Shown in pieces: positions 26,703-35,959 of a stretch of DNA of 60,000 bases; the stretch's first letter is position 1, and the number at the start of each line of letters is the position of its first letter. The translations under genes were made by a program, and so were the position numbers. The DNA lies in contig JBBDJR010000006.1 of assembly GCA_040879785.1 (NCBI GenBank), forward strand, positions 130,410-190,409. Reading direction: 5' to 3'. Under the pieces are notes generated by a model. The model was given only the letters and a program-made list of their open reading frames with translations, searched no databases and was not told the DNA's origin. This DNA is from Candidatus Pacearchaeota archaeon. GTDB taxonomy: Archaea > Nanobdellota > Nanobdellia > Pacearchaeales > GW2011-AR1.

Positions 26703-26755
26703 GGTTTATAAACCAACTTTGTACAGCGTTTATAAACTTTTCGTCATTTATAAAG
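26703..26755. promoter_or_regulatory. three TTTATAAA boxes upstream of tfb
   Basis: GGTTTATAAACC (26703-26714, a perfect 12-nt palindrome), GTTTATAAAC (26728-26737) and ATTTATAAAG (26746-26755), located 63-115 nt upstream of the tfb ATG. Confidence 0.4.
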
Positions 26756-26798
26756 CTTTCGGTTTTTATTCTCGGAGAGTATGGTTTCAGAACTAGGT

Positions 26799-27164
26799 TT
26801 ATTCGTTTTCAATAAGGATACCATTAACAACACTTTCCTGGCTTGGTCTGTTTGTGATTCTTACTTTTCCTTTATCTGTCTCAACGATTGTACCTTTTGT
26901 AAGTATGTTTTGTCTTGCAAGGAATCTATTTGACGGAGTTTCAATAACGTTTTTTATTTCAAGTTTTTGATTTTTGTCTTTTATTTTTACGTTAATAAAT
27001 TTTGATTTAAGCAAAGATGTTTTTATGTTTCCGCCCCGCACTCTGTATGTTTTTCTTTTGTCTTCTCCGAGTTTTGTTGTCCTTTTTTGTCCTTCTCTTT
27101 CGTAGAGCTTTTTACTTCTATGCTTTTTGTACTTTCCGCCCGTAGTCTTTATTCCTTTTCTCAT
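26799..27164 (-). CDS. rps8e: 30S ribosomal protein S8e
   Basis: MRKGIKTTGGKYKKHRSKKLYE..., GGNIKTSLL, and a C-terminal ITNRPSQESVVNGILIE. Confidence 0.9.
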   Translation of the reverse strand: MRKGIKTTGGKYKKHRSKKLYEREGQKRTTKLGEDKRKTYRVRGGNIKTSLLKSKFINVKIKDKNQKLEIKNVIETPSNRFLARQNILTKGTIVETDKGKVRITNRPSQESVVNGILIENE

Positions 27165-27318
27165 GTTAAAGATGAAAAGCTTTAATTTAAATAGGTTTCT
27201 GTTTGAAGATTTTTTGAAAATGAGGCAGATGTGTTCTTGTAAATGCAGAACCGAAGAATTTATAAATAAACCAATAGAATATTCTATATAAATATTCCAT
27301 AATTTGGAGTTTAATAAA

Positions 27319-27567
27319 ATGGTTAACGGAATTGAAAGACCTCTAGATCTTTTAAATAATTCGAAAGGAAAGGAAGTGCTTGTTCACTTGAAAGGCGATA
27401 AGCAGTTTGTAGGAACATTGTTAGCTTTTGACATTCATGTGAATCTTGTTCTTGATAATATAAAAGAAATGGAAGGTGGCGAAGTAAAAAGAAATCTTGG
27501 ACTTACATTTCTTAGAGGAGACACAATAATTTTCATTTCTCCTGCCTCTACTGCTTTGAAGAAGTAG
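27319..27567 (+). CDS. Sm-like archaeal protein (SmAP/LSm)
   Basis: Sm1 motif VLVHLKGDKQFVGTLLAFDIHVNLVLDN and Sm2 motif LRGDTIIFIS. The ATG at 27319 is preferred over the TTG at 27304. Confidence 0.85.
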   Translation: MVNGIERPLDLLNNSKGKEVLVHLKGDKQFVGTLLAFDIHVNLVLDNIKEMEGGEVKRNLGLTFLRGDTIIFISPASTALKK

Positions 27568-27613
27568 TTATAATTTTAGTTACTTTTATTAATTAGATTT
27601 TGCTTTATTATTT

Positions 27614-28516
27614 ATGGCAGAAAAAGTAAAAATACATTTTTTGGGAACAAGTGATTCTGTTCCGAGCGCTGGAAGAAACCATCCTTCAATCTGGCTGAGT
27701 TATGAGAGAGAGAATATTTTGATTGATTGTGGGGAAGGGACGCAGAGACAGATTCGGAAGGCGAGATTAAATCCGTGCAGGATAACAAGGATTTTGATTA
27801 CTCATTGGCACGCAGATCATATTTTAGGAATTCCAGGATTGTTGAAAACTCTGGGGATGAGCGGTTACAACAGAACTTTACATATTTATGGGCCACGAGG
27901 AACTAAGAGAAAATTGGAATCTTTGAGGGACTTGTTTGGAGTCAGAGAGGAATATCCCATTAAGGTAAAAGAGGTTTCAGGAAAATTCTTGGAGGAGGAT
28001 GATTTTTATATTGAATCTGAAGAGATGACTCACGGGACTCCTTGCAACGCGTATTCGTTTGTTTTAAAAGGCAAGACGAGAATCGACAAGAAAAAGATTG
28101 AGAAGTTTAAGATTCCGACGGGGCCTCATATGAAAAAACTGAAAGAAGGAAAAGATATAACTTACAAAGGGAAAAAATATTCCGCAAAGAATTTGACTTA
28201 CACAGAGGAAGGGAAGAGGGTTTCAATTGTTTTGGATACGGCTTTAAATGAGAGGATTGCGCCTTTTGTTAAAGAGTCTGATGTTTTTGTGTCAGAGTCT
28301 ACGTTTGATTCCGGGCATGAGGATAAAGCAAGAGAGTATAAACATCTCACCTCAGAGCAGGCAGCGCGAATTGCGAAGAAAGCGAAAGTTAAGAAGCTTT
28401 ATCTGATTCATGTCAGCCAGAGATTTTCAAAGAATTTTAAGGCTGTGCTGCAGGAAGCTAAAAAGGTTTTCAAGGAAACGAGCCTGCCTAAGGATTTGGA
28501 TTCTGTTGAGGTTTGA
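27614..28516 (+). CDS. rnz: ribonuclease Z (tRNA 3' endonuclease, metallo-beta-lactamase fold)
   Basis: FLGTSDSVPS, IDCGEGTQRQ, ITHWHADHILGIPGLL, and a C-terminal LIHVSQRF. Confidence 0.85.
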   Translation: MAEKVKIHFLGTSDSVPSAGRNHPSIWLSYERENILIDCGEGTQRQIRKARLNPCRITRILITHWHADHILGIPGLLKTLGMSGYNRTLHIYGPRGTKRKLESLRDLFGVREEYPIKVKEVSGKFLEEDDFYIESEEMTHGTPCNAYSFVLKGKTRIDKKKIEKFKIPTGPHMKKLKEGKDITYKGKKYSAKNLTYTEEGKRVSIVLDTALNERIAPFVKESDVFVSESTFDSGHEDKAREYKHLTSEQAARIAKKAKVKKLYLIHVSQRFSKNFKAVLQEAKKVFKETSLPKDLDSVEV

Positions 28517-28581
28517 TTAAATGATTTTAAGATAAACAAAACATTTTAAATACAATTTCTTCTTAGATTTTTAGCTTAGAT

Positions 28582-28634
28582 GCCCTTGTTTGGACAAGTC
28601 TGGACGAATAAAGGTGGGCGAGCGAAGCAAGTGA
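28582..28634 (+). repeat. GC-rich leader element upstream of tRNA-Arg that begins with a degenerate copy of the tRNA 5' end
   Basis: GCCCTTGTTTGGACAAGTCTGGACGAATAAAGGTGGGCGAGCGAAGCAAGTGA directly precedes GCCCCTGTAGCTC. It shares the TCTGGACGA and GCGA..GCA.GTGA motifs with the Val and Thr leaders. Confidence 0.55.
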
Positions 28635-28708
28635 GCCCCTGTAGCTCAGCTGGATAGAGCAACTGACTTCTAATCAGTAGGTCGCAGGTTCAAATCCTGT
28701 CGGGGGCA
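28635..28708 (+). tRNA. tRNA-Arg (UCU)
   Basis: GCCCCTG/CGGGGGC acceptor, GCTC/GAGC D stem, ACTGA-CTTCTAA-TCAGT anticodon arm, GCAGG-TTCAAAT-CCTGT T arm. Confidence 0.9.
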
Positions 28709-28711
28709 TTT

Positions 28712-28782
28712 GCGGGGATGGCGAAGTGGTTACGCGCTCGGCTGCAACCCGAGTAACGTGGGTTCGAATCCCACTCCTCGCT
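28712..28782 (+). tRNA. tRNA-Cys (GCA)
   Basis: GCGGGGA/TCCTCGC acceptor, CTCGG-CTGCAAC-CCGAG anticodon arm, GTGGG-TTCGAAT-CCCAC T arm, and discriminator U as expected for Cys. It lies 3 nt after tRNA-Arg. Confidence 0.9.
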
Positions 28783-28794
28783 TGGATTTGGGAC

Positions 28795-28831
28795 GCTGGA
28801 GTTGTGAAGAACCTGCAGGAGGTTCTCATTC
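28795..28831 (+). repeat. 37-nt tRNA-trailer hairpin element, copy B
   Basis: GCTGGAGTTGTGAAGAACCTGCAGGAGGTTCTCATTC is identical to copy A in inverted orientation. Confidence 0.85.
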
Positions 28832-28848
28832 GGGTCCTTTCGCCCGCA
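28829..28848 (+). pseudogene. tRNA-Leu-like 3' end fragment
   Basis: Compare TTCGGGTCCTTTCGCCCGCA (then TGAA) with the genuine tRNA-Leu 3' end TTCGAATCCTTTCGCCCGCA (then TGAA). Confidence 0.7.
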
Positions 28849-28852
28849 TGAA

Positions 28853-31800
28853 TTAACAAACCTCAGGGAACATCTCTTTAAGCTTATCTAAATTTTCAGT
28901 ACTACCCACATTTTCAACATATCTCGGATCGCCAATCAATCCAAGACTCCCATCATCTTTCTCGTAGGTACACTGAGAATTCCATCCGTTATAAGACCTT
29001 AAAGCTCTTTGCCATCCACGATAAGCCAAATTAATGAAATCACTTTCCCTAACAACAGAACCATGCCTCTCTTGACGATAACAACTATAAACTCTTTCAA
29101 AAGAATCATATTCATCGGCCAATAAATTCAACCCAACCTCCATATTTTTCTCTGCATCTGAAAGTTGGTCTATACATTCCTCGTGATTAGATGAAAGACC
29201 ATAGTCTCCACAATGCCCAACATCCTGTCCTGTGTCCTGTCTTGTAAATGCGGTATTAATCTGCATAACACCAAAACTCGCGCCTTCATCCCCAAGGATA
29301 ACCTCACTGGAATTTTCGTTACAATAAAGAGGGTCTTCTCCCTGATGTATCTGATTACAATGCTGAATCTCACTCTCATGATAAGCAACCGCCAAGGCCA
29401 AACACTCAAAAGAAGCTATTCTTCCTCCATTATCTTCACTCACTACACCATCACTCATAAAAGGAGGACTCCCTCTTTCCTGTTTTATATCCGAAGCAAT
29501 ATCTATGATTTTATATCCTATATCTTCTTGACATTCTTCCTTTGTTGTACAACCAAAACCTATCTCAGGTGGAGAAACCCTTGTATTATCGGGAGCGGCG
29601 GTCTCGAATCCCGGGGAAGAAAAATCAGAGTCATCTATATCAAACAGAGACCTTCCGCTACCAACATCTTCCTCATTTAAATTTAAATCAATTGAGAAAA
29701 TCACTGCGGCTCCTTCAAGAAAACCTCTGTCTCTTAATGACATAATAATATTCCTTGTCCCATCCTCAGCAATGGAGATTTCCGTTCGCCCAAATCCGGA
29801 CCCTACCAACCTGCTTTCAGGAATCTCTCCCGAGACAGGTGCCATAAGACTGATATCTTCAATAGCATACATCCACTCTCCTTCGTCCTCACTATACTCA
29901 AAATACAAATCATAATCGCCCTCAAAATCTCCCCCATCATATCTTCTCGCAACGCTAAACCTTCCTCTATGTGAAAACCCAACTTTTTCAGTGGATAATT
30001 TTGAGTTACGCAAAGTAATTCCCAAAAGAGGTATTCTTGACTTCTCATCATTTTGTTCAACCCTGTCTATTAAAAACTCAAGACCCTCGAGATAAGACTT
30101 TCCTTTTAGTCCAGACTCTGTAAACTCTCTGTTCTCAGACAAAAGATTTTCCGAAGGAAGAGTTATTCCTTCTGGAATCTCCACCCTTGTATTATCGGGA
30201 GCGGCGGTTTCAAAACCGGGATCGTCAAATTGTCCAGGCTCAATATCTTCAATTCGTGTAGGTACATCATCATCTTTAGGAGGAGTCCTATTAAGAGTAT
30301 AATCAATATGTCTAACATCAAACCACTCACCGCCTTCTCCAGGACTTTCTCCGTCCAAAGACCAGTACCAATTCCCATCTATGAAAGTATAATAGATATT
30401 CTGACCAAAAAAGAATCTCCCGTCGCCAAAGGCAAAAACAGGATAATCCACACCAAGAGATCTTAACTCCTCTTCTGTTGCAGGATTGGTCACTTCCAAA
30501 ATTTCATCAATACCATCTTCCCCATCATCATCTCCATCTGGATCAACACAAAGACTGTCCTCGCAAACTTTTCCATCAGGACAATCCTCATCTTCAGTAC
30601 AATCACCTTCATTCTCATCAAGAAGTTTCTGATAGGCAGCCACAGCAAGCTTCCTGTAGGCATCCCCTCTAACCAGAGTCAAAAATCCCTTCTCATAACT
30701 CAAGAAAACCTTCTCAATATTCTCATTTACTTTTTCAATCAAACTGACAGGGTTCCCTTTACTTTCCAAATCTTCAATCTCACCGACAACATCTCTAAAC
30801 TCATCATCACTTAAAGCCCCGGTCTCATTTCTCAAAACCTCAAGATAATCAACTGCGGAATCATTTAATGCCTTCTCTCTCAATCCTTCATGTTTCACCG
30901 TATTTTCAACACTTCTTCTATCAAGCCAGCAACCAATCTGAGGAGAATCACAATGTCCGACCCTGACCCATCTTGAATCTTCGGTTCCGGCCGCAGCGTC
31001 CGTCGCCGAGCCGGGATTGTCCGTCGCACAGATTCTTGTAATTCCTCTGTTATGAAGAGATGGATCAACGCCCTCACGAATACTAGGATTAATTATACTC
31101 TCTATATTAGTCGTCCCTGAAACACACTCTCTCTCAGAACTTATATCGGTCCTTGAAACCTGGTCTGAAATAAATCTATCTGAAAGGTAGTTCGGTGCAA
31201 AATCTGTCGTAACCTGGCCAAACCCACACTCTTCCTGACCATTCACTACAATACACAATTCATTAAATCCTGAAGGAGCCGTAAAATCACAAGGCTGATT
31301 TGGATTGGAACCACAAGTTGCAGAATCACCGGCAGGAATAAATCCTGTAGCAACCACTCTCCTCGAAGGAGTGTCCTGGTAAAATGATTCTCCTGTACTT
31401 CTAAGGTAAACCTGATAGTAAGCAGAAACATCCTCTCCCGCATAAATATGATAAAATGTCTTATAGTGGGAAGTCGGAGGAGTCGTAGCCGAGGTAAAAG
31501 GTATCTCATCAAACCTTCCATAGAATTGTGCAGGCACTCTTGGTTTTGTTATTGAATCAATAAGACTTCCGGTATCAGGTCCTGCAATCGAAACCCAGTT
31601 TTTACAAACCTCTGTTCCAACACCTTCCATTGACCTTACCCTAAATGCATTAGCAGAATTCACAGCATACTCTTGCGTAAAGAAATCCGCGGACTCTCCT
31701 GCTTTCTGCCACGCATCCCTTACATCCATATACTCTCCTCCTCCACGAGTAGTTTGCCCGCCAAGAACTTTTCCAAGAACCTCCGGAATCACCGCGTTCG

Positions 31801-34800
31801 CAACCGGAAGCGCCTGCCTCCAGAAGAAATCACACATATAAACAGAATGAAGCTGATCACAAATTCCTATCTGTTGTCCGGTCTCAAGGCTGTGCTCAAG
31901 ACACTGCTGATAATTATCCAATACACTCAAATATCCCTCAAGACCCGCATGAACTCCCGAAAGGCAAATCGGAACATAAACATCTCCGCCTGCCCACGCT
32001 GCGTTAGGATAACATAAAGCAATACTTCCAATCACTCCCGACTGTACAACATCTCTAACATGATAGTTTCCTCCAAGATTACACCTTGAACTCGGGCAAA
32101 CAACAGGGTCACAAATATTAAACATGATACTACACTCTTTCGCAGACATAAAGTCCTGACACTCTACATCCGGAACTCCCACAGCCGGCTCTCCAACATC
32201 AATTGTCTCTCCAAACAAACTGATTGAACTAAGTCCCGCACTATGCTTTCTTGAGGCTTGGGCAATCGCCTGGACAGCCCTGTCTGTAAGCAGAAATGCA
32301 TCATTCTCATCCAGTCCCGGGAAATTTGTGTAAGGCTGGCTCAAACCAGGATTCATCAAAACACAATCATCATCTCCAACCCCTGAGAAAAACTCTTCTC
32401 TTCCGTTTTCTCCGACGTTACACAAATAAAAACTCGAAACTCTTCCCGAATCTTCAAACGCCCTCACCTGTCCTCCTATAGGAAGACTCGATTTTATTGC
32501 TGCATACCAACCATCACCCAAACCCGGAGGAGCAGGGAAAGGAACAATCGCAGGCAATCCCGCATACTGCCCGGTTTCATAATACCTCAACTCACAATTT
32601 GAACACTCATTATCATAAGTTTCTTTTTCATAATAATTGAAAGAAAGTCCCAACGGATTTGGATGCTTAGGGTCATCTTTCGTGCCGTGCCTCTCTAAAG
32701 AGTTTCCCTCTCCGACGACATAAGTCTCCTGAATAACATCATTCTCATTCAAAACCAAAAGATATATTTGCCCGTCTGCCTCATTCTCAAAAAGCTGGAC
32801 GCTTTCATCATCATTAATTTGCGCTCCTGAAAATTTATCTTCAACCTGGCCAAAAGTCGTTCGCGTGGTAAACGGAATCTTAGTCAGCTTTTCCGTCGAG
32901 CCAATGATAGGATTAGAAAATCCCGTATCCTCAGAAATACTTCTCCTCTTAGAGTCTCTATTAGAATTAACATAAATATCTCCAAGAGCGGATTCGATAT
33001 CACCTCTCGCAACATCACTAACAACCGAATTATCAGAATTCAAAAGCCGTGCATTCAACTGCAAGTCTCTCGCCTGAGTCACATAAGTCGTCTCAGGAGT
33101 CATGTTCCCAATTATACTCGAAACAGGTACGTCCCGTCCTTCAATCTTTATCGTTTCAATACCTTCAAGATTTCCACTCAATTCATTTCTATAATCATCA
33201 TCAACAAGTTTCTCCATAAACGCCCCGGTGTCAACAACATCCTCTCCAAGGAAATGGCTCGTGGTAATCCCTTCCTGAATTTTTTTCATCTCTTCATTAT
33301 GTTTCTCCAACGCTTCCGCCACTTCATTCACAGCACTTTCTATCCTATCATTCTTATCAAGCAAGCAAGAATCCATTGACTCTCCCGTCCCGGCTATCTC
33401 ACTTTCACAAATCTCATAATAACCTCCCGGACCCCTCATAACTTTCTGCCTGGCAATTCCTTCTCCCTGCAAATTCGAGAAAAAGTTTTTCACAGTTAAA
33501 GCAGCACCAACACCAAGACATGCCTTATTTCCTAATTCAACTGCAGTTCCAAGCTTCTCATTTATATTCCTCCACCTTTCCAATTTTTCATCCAAAGAAT
33601 CAATTCTTTCTCTTGTTTTCTCCGGAGAAAGCTGTATCGCTCTTTTTTCAATCCCAATCCTAAACGGAAACTCTGCCTCTGTTTCCTGGAACCTCACCTT
33701 CGGCTGAACAGAAACTTTTGCAACTTCGTTTAAATTTGCCTGCTGTAACGAAAAGGTATATCCTCCTCTTGAATCAGGTAACCCTTCCCTTAATGTTATT
33801 CTTGTTACCTGGCCAACAAAAGCTCTCTCAACGCCTTCAACAAATCCCTCTCTGAGATTAGTCCTAATTCTAACAGAAATCTCTCCAGAAGAATCTCTGC
33901 TCATATCAACTAACTGGATAAATGCCCCACTTGTATGGTTCAAAACACGTACAGAATCTTTTCTCAAATGGATACCCTCCGTGCTTCCATCAGGCATCCT
34001 TACAGAAACCACCGCCCCGAAATCATCAAACGTCGGCTCTCTAACCCTGTCTAAAGAGATACTATAAGTTCTTCCCTTAACCAAAACACTTCCCATAGAA
34101 GACTCCGGACTCGCGAGCCGATGCTCCTCGACACAATCCTTAGGAGGATTTTCATTCATCGAATCAGGATAACTATCTTCAAACTCCTCACACAACTCAA
34201 CAACAGACCTTTTCTGACCTGTTCCTTCCTGAAGCTCTATCATCCCTCTCAACGCCCTCTCACCAAAAGTTGGCTCATTATCTAATTCCGGAGGATATCT
34301 ATCACCAGCAAAACCATCCAAAACATCATTATAATCCTCGACCGCATTTTCATAATTCTCTCTATCTTCATCGCCTAATTCAGACAGGTCCGCATCGACC
34401 GCGTCCGCAAAACCCTCAATAAAAGCTTCTTTTCCCTCCTCACTTCCACCACTAAAAATTAATCTAGATTCTTGAAAAGAGATACTTTCAAAAAATATTC
34501 CTGAAACAATATATTTGTATATTGCTTTTCCTTGCCCAATTAAAGTCCTTCCTAACGTAGCAAAGTTATCTATCCTAACACCTTCTTCACCCTTTGTCGC
34601 ATAAACTGTCGAAAGAAATGCGGAGATATCTCCATTAGGAGCCTCATTAAAGAAATCAGCAAAATCTTCCAATTCAGAATTACTTAATCTTTCCCTCGTT
34701 CCCGGAACTGCTGCAAGTCCCGCTACTAAATCTTCATTTGATCTTGTGTTACCTTTTGTCGTAACATAAGCAAGATACACTGTCTTTTCTCCTTCTGCCG

Positions 34801-35959
34801 CCATTAAAGGCCTCCCATCCTCTCCTAAAAGAGCATCACCAACACTATAATATCTATCAATTCCTTCAACACTTATATTTACTCTGGGACTGACTTTCAA
34901 ATGCAAATTCCCGCTTCCTTCATCCGCCCTGCAACTAATATCGGCACTTTCAACAATTCCCTGCTTTTCAACTCTCCTAACCCTGCAATCATTATCCAAA
35001 AACCTTTCACCTTCCCTAAACTCAAAAACATCTCCATTAATTTCTAATCTCGCAGTCGTATCCGGATTCTCGATATCATCAAGTCTTAAATTCATACTTC
35101 CCGCACAAAAATTAAATCCGGGCATAAAAATATCTCTTGAAGATTCACCAACAACAAGATTCTCCGTCGCAACTCTCCTCTTATTCGTCCCCGTCCTCGA
35201 GCCTGTTTCTCTATCTGAATAAACCGAAATCGACGCCCTATCGTCATTAACACTCTCAGCTCTCAAAAATCCCCGTCCCTGCCAAAAACTAGACTGAACA
35301 AAATCCCTGTTCCACTCAGTATCACTCATCACCGGAAGATAAAATGAAGACTGCCCGACGCCAAACGCGTTATGAACATCATACCTTATTCTTGCAGTGA
35401 GATTTCCCTCGACAAAATCAGGCATCGCACTCTCATTCCTTTCCTGTCTTAAAACAATCACCGCGTAACCAACATTATTCAAAACCGGCTGAGTTAGTTC
35501 TGCTCCGGGCCTTCCCAACGCTGCCCTCGCCGGTTGGAACCCAACGCCAGAAACTCCTTCCGGCCTTCCTTCAGGAGAAAAAGTAACTCTGTCAATAGTA
35601 TCAACATCAATCAAAGGATTCAACTTAGTCGCAACAATCGGGCAAAAAACAGGCACATTTTGACTCTCAAGTAAATCACTTCTTACAATAGATGGGGCAC
35701 ATCCCGTCGGAGAAACCTGCAAAAGAAAATCCTGCCCTGACTCACACATTCCCCTATCAAAACCGGTAAAGCCGGGGTCGACCGCTCTCCGAACCGTAGG
35801 GTCAAACTGACCATTTTCAACATACTCTTTTGAATATGACGAAGAAGAAAACTGCGCCGAAACCAAAAAAGCCGTCGACAAAATCACGGCCAAAACAAGC
35901 AAAGCTAGAACAAATCTTTTCATTCCTTTCTCTCCTAACTTATCTCCAATAATTTTCAT
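28853..35959 (-). CDS. giant secreted/surface protein (2368 aa) with C-terminal SLT-type lytic transglycosylase domain
   Basis: Uninterrupted 7.1-kb ORF with the signal peptide MKRFVLALLVLAVILSTAFLVSAQ, Cys-rich segments and a duplicated PGFETAAPDNTRV motif (30192-30230 and 29576-29614). The C-terminal 185 aa carry SLT motifs. Confidence 0.85.
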   Translation of the reverse strand: MKIIGDKLGEKGMKRFVLALLVLAVILSTAFLVSAQFSSSSYSKEYVENGQFDPTVRRAVDPGFTGFDRGMCESGQDFLLQVSPTGCAPSIVRSDLLESQNVPVFCPIVATKLNPLIDVDTIDRVTFSPEGRPEGVSGVGFQPARAALGRPGAELTQPVLNNVGYAVIVLRQERNESAMPDFVEGNLTARIRYDVHNAFGVGQSSFYLPVMSDTEWNRDFVQSSFWQGRGFLRAESVNDDRASISVYSDRETGSRTGTNKRRVATENLVVGESSRDIFMPGFNFCAGSMNLRLDDIENPDTTARLEINGDVFEFREGERFLDNDCRVRRVEKQGIVESADISCRADEGSGNLHLKVSPRVNISVEGIDRYYSVGDALLGEDGRPLMAAEGEKTVYLAYVTTKGNTRSNEDLVAGLAAVPGTRERLSNSELEDFADFFNEAPNGDISAFLSTVYATKGEEGVRIDNFATLGRTLIGQGKAIYKYIVSGIFFESISFQESRLIFSGGSEEGKEAFIEGFADAVDADLSELGDEDRENYENAVEDYNDVLDGFAGDRYPPELDNEPTFGERALRGMIELQEGTGQKRSVVELCEEFEDSYPDSMNENPPKDCVEEHRLASPESSMGSVLVKGRTYSISLDRVREPTFDDFGAVVSVRMPDGSTEGIHLRKDSVRVLNHTSGAFIQLVDMSRDSSGEISVRIRTNLREGFVEGVERAFVGQVTRITLREGLPDSRGGYTFSLQQANLNEVAKVSVQPKVRFQETEAEFPFRIGIEKRAIQLSPEKTRERIDSLDEKLERWRNINEKLGTAVELGNKACLGVGAALTVKNFFSNLQGEGIARQKVMRGPGGYYEICESEIAGTGESMDSCLLDKNDRIESAVNEVAEALEKHNEEMKKIQEGITTSHFLGEDVVDTGAFMEKLVDDDYRNELSGNLEGIETIKIEGRDVPVSSIIGNMTPETTYVTQARDLQLNARLLNSDNSVVSDVARGDIESALGDIYVNSNRDSKRRSISEDTGFSNPIIGSTEKLTKIPFTTRTTFGQVEDKFSGAQINDDESVQLFENEADGQIYLLVLNENDVIQETYVVGEGNSLERHGTKDDPKHPNPLGLSFNYYEKETYDNECSNCELRYYETGQYAGLPAIVPFPAPPGLGDGWYAAIKSSLPIGGQVRAFEDSGRVSSFYLCNVGENGREEFFSGVGDDDCVLMNPGLSQPYTNFPGLDENDAFLLTDRAVQAIAQASRKHSAGLSSISLFGETIDVGEPAVGVPDVECQDFMSAKECSIMFNICDPVVCPSSRCNLGGNYHVRDVVQSGVIGSIALCYPNAAWAGGDVYVPICLSGVHAGLEGYLSVLDNYQQCLEHSLETGQQIGICDQLHSVYMCDFFWRQALPVANAVIPEVLGKVLGGQTTRGGGEYMDVRDAWQKAGESADFFTQEYAVNSANAFRVRSMEGVGTEVCKNWVSIAGPDTGSLIDSITKPRVPAQFYGRFDEIPFTSATTPPTSHYKTFYHIYAGEDVSAYYQVYLRSTGESFYQDTPSRRVVATGFIPAGDSATCGSNPNQPCDFTAPSGFNELCIVVNGQEECGFGQVTTDFAPNYLSDRFISDQVSRTDISSERECVSGTTNIESIINPSIREGVDPSLHNRGITRICATDNPGSATDAAAGTEDSRWVRVGHCDSPQIGCWLDRRSVENTVKHEGLREKALNDSAVDYLEVLRNETGALSDDEFRDVVGEIEDLESKGNPVSLIEKVNENIEKVFLSYEKGFLTLVRGDAYRKLAVAAYQKLLDENEGDCTEDEDCPDGKVCEDSLCVDPDGDDDGEDGIDEILEVTNPATEEELRSLGVDYPVFAFGDGRFFFGQNIYYTFIDGNWYWSLDGESPGEGGEWFDVRHIDYTLNRTPPKDDDVPTRIEDIEPGQFDDPGFETAAPDNTRVEIPEGITLPSENLLSENREFTESGLKGKSYLEGLEFLIDRVEQNDEKSRIPLLGITLRNSKLSTEKVGFSHRGRFSVARRYDGGDFEGDYDLYFEYSEDEGEWMYAIEDISLMAPVSGEIPESRLVGSGFGRTEISIAEDGTRNIIMSLRDRGFLEGAAVIFSIDLNLNEEDVGSGRSLFDIDDSDFSSPGFETAAPDNTRVSPPEIGFGCTTKEECQEDIGYKIIDIASDIKQERGSPPFMSDGVVSEDNGGRIASFECLALAVAYHESEIQHCNQIHQGEDPLYCNENSSEVILGDEGASFGVMQINTAFTRQDTGQDVGHCGDYGLSSNHEECIDQLSDAEKNMEVGLNLLADEYDSFERVYSCYRQERHGSVVRESDFINLAYRGWQRALRSYNGWNSQCTYEKDDGSLGLIGDPRYVENVGSTENLDKLKEMFPEVC
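28856..29410 (-). other. SLT (goose-lysozyme-like lytic transglycosylase) domain of the giant protein
   Basis: LALAVAYHESEIQHCN (catalytic Glu-Ser), ASFGVMQINTAF (GLMQ-type motif) and QRALRSYNGWN (AYNxG-type motif), in the canonical order and spacing. Confidence 0.7.

Noticed and set aside
28829-28848. Idea that the tRNA fragments are 3' halves of Nanoarchaeum-style split tRNA genes.
   Set aside because: Split-tRNA halves need a matching 5' half with a complementary trailer specific to each pair. Here the sequence preceding all three fragments is the same 37-mer, which gives no pairing specificity. The fragments cover only the T loop to the 3' end (about 20 nt), and intact genes for the same tRNAs are present. 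I kept this as an alternative to test, not as a call.
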